From NCBI GenBank assembly GCA_001724265.1, contig MEDY01000192.1, forward strand, positions 1 through 54,169: a stretch of 54,169 nt of DNA, given 5' to 3'. The first letter of the stretch is position 1. Each line of letters opens with the position of its first letter. Shown here piece after piece: positions 48,803 to 54,169 of the stretch. This DNA is from Rhizaria sp. SCN 62-66. Its lineage: Eukaryota. Made by a program: the position numbers and the translations under genes. The notes under the pieces are model-generated. The model worked only from the letters and a program-made list of their open reading frames with translations. It was not told the DNA's origin and did not search any database.

Positions 48803-50239
48803 TCACGCGAGGTCGACGTCAGCAACGTCAGTCTCCTCAACAGCCTTGCCAGCAGCAGCGGGCTCAACAGCCTCCTCATTCGTGGCCTCAGCCTCAGCAG
48901 CAGCAGACTCAGGAGCAGCAGCATCACGAGCTGGCTTGTCCTTGCCCTCAGCCTGAGTGCCGGCCTCAGCCTTCACCCAGTCTCCGTCCTCCTCATCTTC
49001 ATTCTCAGCGCCAGCAGCAGTGGGAGCGACAGCGGTAGCAGCAGCCTTGGCCTCCGCGTTGGCCGCAGCGTCATCCGCGTTGCCCACGGTCACCCCGGCC
49101 GCCTTGGCAGCCATCGCAGTCGCCACCACCCCGGCCAACCCGGCGGCGTTCCGCTTCGGTGCAGAGGGCGACGCCAGCGACACAGCAGCAGCGCCCGTCG
49201 CAGCAGCAGCAGAAGCGGTGATGGGGGCGCTGGCGACGGGCGCGCCGGGCCCGGCCTTAGTGGTGACCACAGCCAGCTCCAGCGCAGGGCCAGTGGGGGA
49301 GCCGTTGCGGGGCGAGGCCGGCGCGGAGGACATAAACGCGTCCATACTCATGGTACGCGCGCCCTGCTGTTCACTCTTACCGTCACCGGAGCCGCCGAGC
49401 CCGGCCTCCATGTTATCAAGCGCCCCGCCCTCAGCGTCCGCGGCCGCTGACTCAGCTGCAAGTTGGTTAAGCCGCTCCTGTTCCTGGCGCTGCTCCCACT
49501 GCTTGCGCTCGTGCGCGTCAACGACGTACTGGTAGCGCGACTCGGTGATGCCAAAGAAGTCCGACACGGCTTCGCCAGCGCGGTCGGCGCCGTCGGCGAT
49601 CTTGTAGGCGAACCACTTGAGCTTGGACTTGAAGGGTTTGTTTTTGACGAGGGACCATTTGCTGTGGTCGCGGTAGTCTTGTGTCTCGTCGTAGTCAACC
49701 CACGCCTGCATGCCCTGGGGCTCGGGCTCGGCCCCCTCAGCGCCAGCGGGCTGTGCGCACGTTAGAGAGAAGAGTGACGTGTGACAGAAAGACAGCGAGG
49801 CAAGTGAAAGATAGAACGAAGGGAATATCAGGAAAGGGTAAGGTTGAGCAAGAGTAATCACATTGAAATAAGAAACAAACATGCATCTTGAGTACAATGT
49901 GCAAGCGCTGTCTTGTTTGAGCGTGAATAAACATGTTTCGCAGAGCGGAAACAACAGCTCACAGAAAGTGTGGTGAGAACAACAACTGACCTGAGTAGTG
50001 GCGTCAACAGAGCCGGGCGCGATCGCCACAGCGTCGTCACCGAGGCTAACAACGTGCGGGTCCACGCTCGCGTCGACGGGCGCGTCCGCGGTGGCGCTAG
50101 TGGCGGCCTCGAGCGAGGTGGAGAACGGGGAGGCAGCGCCGGCAGCGTCGGGGGCGGGAGCTTCACAGTCGGGCTCGGCGCCGGCAGCTGGCACGGGTGG
50201 CGGCGCAAGGTGTGTCACCTCAGCCGGAGGAGCGGACAT
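48803..50239 (-). CDS. FAM177-like protein; exons 50239-49991, 49750-48803
   Basis: ADRAGEAVSDFFGITESRYQYVVDAHER resembles the FAM177 motif (D.LGE..A...GI...KYQYAID). The AT-rich intron runs GTCAGT...CTAAC...ACAG. Stop is TGA. Confidence 0.7.
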   Translation of the reverse strand: MSAPPAEVTHLAPPPVPAAGAEPDCEAPAPDAAGAASPFSTSLEAATSATADAPVDASVDPHVVSLGDDAVAIAPGSVDATTQVSCCSHHTFCELLFPLCETCLFTLKQDSACTLYSRCMFVSYFNVITLAQPYPFLIFPSFYLSLASLSFCHTSLFSLTCAQPAGAEGAEPEPQGMQAWVDYDETQDYRDHSKWSLVKNKPFKSKLKWFAYKIADGADRAGEAVSDFFGITESRYQYVVDAHERKQWEQRQEQERLNQLAAESAAADAEGGALDNMEAGLGGSGDGKSEQQGARTMSMDAFMSSAPASPRNGSPTGPALELAVVTTKAGPGAPVASAPITASAAAATGAAAVSLASPSAPKRNAAGLAGVVATAMAAKAAGVTVGNADDAAANAEAKAAATAVAPTAAGAENEDEEDGDWVKAEAGTQAEGKDKPARDAAAPESAAAEAEATNEEAVEPAAAGKAVEETDVADVDLA

Positions 50240-50964
50240 TGCTGTAGCAAGATGTGAAACAGAGTATGGCGGGGTGAGAAGGCGAGTGGAGCGAGGACGG
50301 GGCGCGTGGGCGAGTGCTGGAGGGAGCGAGTGACGTGGTAGACGTTGGTTCAAAAGCGATTGCAATTTTCCAGGATGTCTCAATTCAACCCAAAGCAATG
50401 CGCATAGAATTTTAGGGAATTAATAAATGCTATACGAAATGTCATAAAGTCGCACTATAACCCTTGTTTACGGACAGTGAATGGTTTATAGCACGAGATT
50501 TGGAACCTGCTCGGTCGGCACGTTGCCACACCGCTTCGGCTCGTGCTTGCTCAGCACGGCTGCTGCTTTAGCTCGGAGATAGATTGTGCGGCCAAAGCTA
50601 TCTGTGACGTTATGATACAACAACATGTCATTATCACAACTACTTTCTATCTATTTTTCTAATCACTGCGTCTTCCGACGATTATTTGTTTGCATACATC
50701 CACTTGAGCTGAAACGGAGCAGGACATCACGCCCCGCTTTGTGACGCAACTTAAAGAGATTACACAAGGAGAACAAACTTATTTTTGCACACGCTTCAAA
50801 TATATTTCATTCATAACCATTTTGTATCTTAAAACATGATGTTTTCTCTTATTCTTCCTCCGTAGACGTAGTGAAAGCGCTACTTCCAACCTCTTTCGCC
50901 ATCCGTTGCTCCTGCACTTTCGCCCTGCCGTCGCCCGCGCGCGCGCAGCTCGCCGCTCCTCCCC

Positions 50965-53900
50965 ATGGGCGACACGCAGTCTACCCCGGACAACGGCGCG
51001 CATGACGAGCACGTTGACCAGCCGATCCCCCAGGGTGCCGTCGGTCCGGTCGCGCAGTCCGCAGTCGCCCGCGACTCCGCGGGCGCAGGTAGCGTGCCTG
51101 CTGTGCAGCCGCCGCCGGACCCTTCAATAGCCGCGCCCTCCCTCGCTGCGGAGTCAAGAGCGGCGCCCGATGGAGCCGCGCTTGCGCCCCCGACGCCCCC
51201 GGCGCCCGCGGGTGGCAGCGACCCGTTCCTGGCGTCATACATCGACCACGAGCACGAGAACGAGCACACAATCGCGAACGACCTCGCGCTGCTCGCCGCC
51301 AGCGAGCACTCGCAGCCCCAGTCGCAGGCGCCGCCAGGCGCGCCGGCGGGCTCCGACGCGGGTTCCGCGCCCGTGGCCGCGCTCCCCAGCGCCGCCGCCA
51401 CGCTCGCTGTATCGCTCGCAGCGTCAGAGTCCCCGTCTGACTCGTTCGCTGATGCCGACATCCCAGTCCCGGACGCCAACGCATTCCACGCCAGTGCATT
51501 CCGCACTCGAGCTCCTGCTGCCGCCATGGCTGATTCTCATGTTTACGCGGCTGCTGCTGTTGCGCAGAGCACGCTGCAGATCCCCGCGCCGCCGCAGCAG
51601 TCGCCGCCAACGCAGTCACCCGCGCTGACGCCGCGCCGCTCCCGCCGCTCCCCCGCGCCCTCAAACACCGGCAGCACCGCCAACGGCGCAGAGCTTGTGA
51701 CTGGCAGCGGCGGTTATGGGACGGCGTCGGGCTCGTCGCCAGCGCTGACGCCGCGGCGCCGTGCAGCCTCGACGCCGCCCGCTTCCAGGAGGCCCGCGGG
51801 GGGATTCTTCTTCGCTCCGGACAACAGCAGCAACAGCAGCAATAACAACAACGGTAATAGTGGAGATAGCGGTAACCCGAGGGCCAGCCCGGTGGTTCCG
51901 TCGTTGGTGTCGGTCAAAGAGGCCGTTGGCGATGAGACAGGCTCCCTGTCGATCCTTCAGCTGCCACAGCCCGCGCTCCAAGCCCATGCAAAGCCTCTCC
52001 AACAACCGCAACCGCAAAGTCAGCAAAAGCTGCAAAAGCCACAGAATCCGATGCAGCAGCCGCGTCCGTCTCCGAACGTGGCCCCTGCACAGGCACCATC
52101 GCCCGCGCTGCACCCAGCGCAGTCGCCCACGCTTGGCCTCACCGGACAGTCGCCTGTCGTGGGATCGGCCTCATCCTACACGCAGTCGCCGTCGCTGAAC
52201 CCCGGTCAGTCCCCTGCTCTGCACTATGGCCAGTCCCCGGCTCTGCACTATGGCCAGTCGCCGTCGCCCGCGCTCCCGTCCCCGTCGCCGTCCCCGGCTC
52301 TGGTGCCGTCCCCAGCCCTGCCGTCCCTCTCCACTGGCGCTGGCTCTCTCGCTGGCGCTGGCGCCGCTGCCGTCACTGGTACCGGCGCCGGCGCGGGGCC
52401 AGTCTACAGCAGCACCGGGGGAGCTGTTCTCGCTGATCGGAGCCGCGTCTCCCCCACCGCCAGCACGACCTCGCACTCCTCCACTGCCGCAGCAGCGACT
52501 CTCACCGCAACAACTACGACGCCGGCCGCGACAACGACCACCGGCGCCCCGGCCGTCTCCGTGACCGGCAGTGCCTCTTCGGCCGTGTTGGCGCCCGTCT
52601 CGCGGCTCGCGCTGCCGCGGCGGTCCATCGGCGGTGCGGCACCCGGCATCCCTGCCATGGCAGGCGGCACACGCGCGGCGCGCCTGCCTGCGTTCGACGC
52701 CCGCACGGGCTACCTGCGCCCCTCCGGCCCGCGCGGCCCGGGCGCGGGCGCGCGCACCCCCGGCACGACGACCCCGGGCATGGTGCTGCAAACCGCGCGC
52801 ACAGGCACCGGCGCGAATGGCGGCGGCGGCGGCGGCGGAGTGATCACCCCTGGGGGCGAGAGCCCGCGGCTGCCGAGTCCGCGCGCGCAGAGCCCCGCGG
52901 CGTCGCTGACCGCAGTGCCCCCGCCGGCGCCACGCACGCCGGGGCTGCCGCCGGCGCCTCTCGACGGCGCGCGCGCGCACGCCGACGCCGCGGTCACGGG
53001 CGTCGCTTCCGCGAACAGCGCGGGCAGAGTCGGCGCCCCACCCACCAGTGTGAGTGCGAGCGCGAGCGCTAGTGTGAGCGGCCTTGGTGCGCCGCTGCCT
53101 GCGACGGCGTCTGTGCCCAACTCGCCGCCGTTTTCGCTGCAGCCCCCGCGCGCCGCTATTTCGGCGTCGTCGATGACCGGTTTGCCGCCCGCGCGCCCCG
53201 CCGCGGCGACGTTGAGCGCAACCACGCTTAGCTTGGGCGGCTACAGGCACAGCCTCGGGGGCGTGACGTCCAGCGGCATCACTCGCACGCTCACGGCGCC
53301 CTCGGCCAGTTCGCCGGCGCCCCCCGGTTCCGCTGCTTCCGCCGCCGCTGCCGCCGCCGCTGCTCGTGTGGCGGCGGCTGACAAGGCCCAGCAGGTGCGT
53401 CCGCAACTGAATCCACCGCCGACTGTCGAGGCGTGTGACGCGACGAGTAACGACGGCGACAGCGACGAAGACGCCGGTGACGGCGACAGCGACGGTGAGG
53501 CTCGGGCCACTGCGCAGGAGAACAGCGGCGCCGATGCGCGCAGTGTGCTGACCACCGCCTTATCGCCCACGATGACAGGGCTCTCCGTGGCCTCCGCGGC
53601 GCACACCGCGGCCTCGGCCAGCGCTGCCGCGACGGGGAACGATACGCCCGTCGTCCCCACCGCCCCCGCGGCCTCGGTCGCCCCGCTTCGACTACATCCG
53701 TCCCCGCTAGCGGTCACCACGAGCGGCACCGCTGACCGCGCGCGGTCTTGCTCCACCGCGTCCACCTCCTCCTCGCCTCAGGCCGCCGCGACCGGCACGA
53801 CGCCGACCGCGGGGGCGCGCGCGCTGTCGAGAGCGAACGCGGTGACGCTGCTGCTGGCGCCGGTGCACGTGCGCCCCAACGCCGCCTCCGCAGCGACCGT

Positions 53901-54169
53901 CGCCGCGCTCACGGTCGCGGACGGCATCGCGCCGCTGCGCCCGGACCGCCCCGCCGCGACAGCTCCGTCGCAGTCGACACCCGTGTCGGCGGCGGCAGCG
54001 TCGGCGGCGGCAGCGTCGGCGGCGGCAGCGTCGGCGGCGGCAGCGTCGGCGGCGGCGGCGCAGCGGCCCGAGTGCGTGCCCGCGCCCGTGCTCTCGCGCC
54101 TGGCCGCGGCGGTGCTCGCGGCCGTCGCCGTGGCGCCGATTGCGACCGCGCTGCGCGCGCCGCCCTCCG
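50965..54169 (+). CDS. long Pro/Ala/Ser/Thr-rich low-complexity protein, truncated at window end (not in the ORF track because no stop is reached)
   Basis: Frame from ATG 50965 (MGDTQSTPDNGAHDEH...) is open for more than 1060 codons to the window edge, with coding-type GC content. No domain recognised. Confidence 0.75.
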   Translation, partial: MGDTQSTPDNGAHDEHVDQPIPQGAVGPVAQSAVARDSAGAGSVPAVQPPPDPSIAAPSLAAESRAAPDGAALAPPTPPAPAGGSDPFLASYIDHEHENEHTIANDLALLAASEHSQPQSQAPPGAPAGSDAGSAPVAALPSAAATLAVSLAASESPSDSFADADIPVPDANAFHASAFRTRAPAAAMADSHVYAAAAVAQSTLQIPAPPQQSPPTQSPALTPRRSRRSPAPSNTGSTANGAELVTGSGGYGTASGSSPALTPRRRAASTPPASRRPAGGFFFAPDNSSNSSNNNNGNSGDSGNPRASPVVPSLVSVKEAVGDETGSLSILQLPQPALQAHAKPLQQPQPQSQQKLQKPQNPMQQPRPSPNVAPAQAPSPALHPAQSPTLGLTGQSPVVGSASSYTQSPSLNPGQSPALHYGQSPALHYGQSPSPALPSPSPSPALVPSPALPSLSTGAGSLAGAGAAAVTGTGAGAGPVYSSTGGAVLADRSRVSPTASTTSHSSTAAAATLTATTTTPAATTTTGAPAVSVTGSASSAVLAPVSRLALPRRSIGGAAPGIPAMAGGTRAARLPAFDARTGYLRPSGPRGPGAGARTPGTTTPGMVLQTARTGTGANGGGGGGGVITPGGESPRLPSPRAQSPAASLTAVPPPAPRTPGLPPAPLDGARAHADAAVTGVASANSAGRVGAPPTSVSASASASVSGLGAPLPATASVPNSPPFSLQPPRAAISASSMTGLPPARPAAATLSATTLSLGGYRHSLGGVTSSGITRTLTAPSASSPAPPGSAASAAAAAAAARVAAADKAQQVRPQLNPPPTVEACDATSNDGDSDEDAGDGDSDGEARATAQENSGADARSVLTTALSPTMTGLSVASAAHTAASASAAATGNDTPVVPTAPAASVAPLRLHPSPLAVTTSGTADRARSCSTASTSSSPQAAATGTTPTAGARALSRANAVTLLLAPVHVRPNAASAATVAALTVADGIAPLRPDRPAATAPSQSTPVSAAAASAAAASAAAASAAAASAAAAQRPECVPAPVLSRLAAAVLAAVAVAPIATALRAPPS
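52207..52260 (+). repeat. 24-nt coding tandem repeat (QSPALHYG x2)
   Basis: cagtcccctgctctgcactatggc cagtccccggctctgcactatggc cagtcg. Confidence 0.85.
53986..54060 (+). repeat. 15-nt coding tandem repeat (SAAAA x5)
   Basis: tcggcggcggcagcg x4 plus one variant copy. Confidence 0.9.

Noticed and set aside
1-54169. CRISPR arrays, transposases, rRNA, prokaryotic operons
   Set aside because: None seen. The window is intron-containing eukaryotic DNA, and the repeats present are simple microsatellites or coding repeats.

Overview
Gene-dense nuclear DNA of a flagellated eukaryote, probably a protist (taxon not determinable from sequence alone). Exons are GC-rich and Ala/Ser/Gly/Asn-inflated; introns and intergenic spacers are short and AT-rich. 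I reconstruct 15 protein-coding genes: INO1 3' end, a TPR protein, a mitochondrial-type HMG-box protein, a cyclin L/Q-like protein, a giant EF-hand/WD40 protein (CFAP337/WDR49-like), a fatty-acid elongase, SNRNP40, RRP43/EXOSC8, a small secreted orphan, a TDG/MUG glycosylase, RidA, CFAP251/WDR66, WDR90, a FAM177-like protein and a truncated low-complexity ORF. They contain 16 GT-AG introns (109-240 nt; 14 start GTACG; 14 are phase 0). Main finding: two otherwise intact genes each carry a single in-frame TAG that introns do not explain (CFAP251 at 36098-36100, QEIAVW*WT; the EF-hand/WD40 gene at 18160-18162). All 14 genes with a visible 3' end stop on TAA (7) or TGA (7), never TAG. This points to a variant nuclear code in which UAG is sense (Gln/Glu most plausible), or to UAG-specific readthrough or editing. 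Sequencing error or recent nonsense mutation is not excluded. Family assignments rest on motifs recalled from memory; no database search was run.
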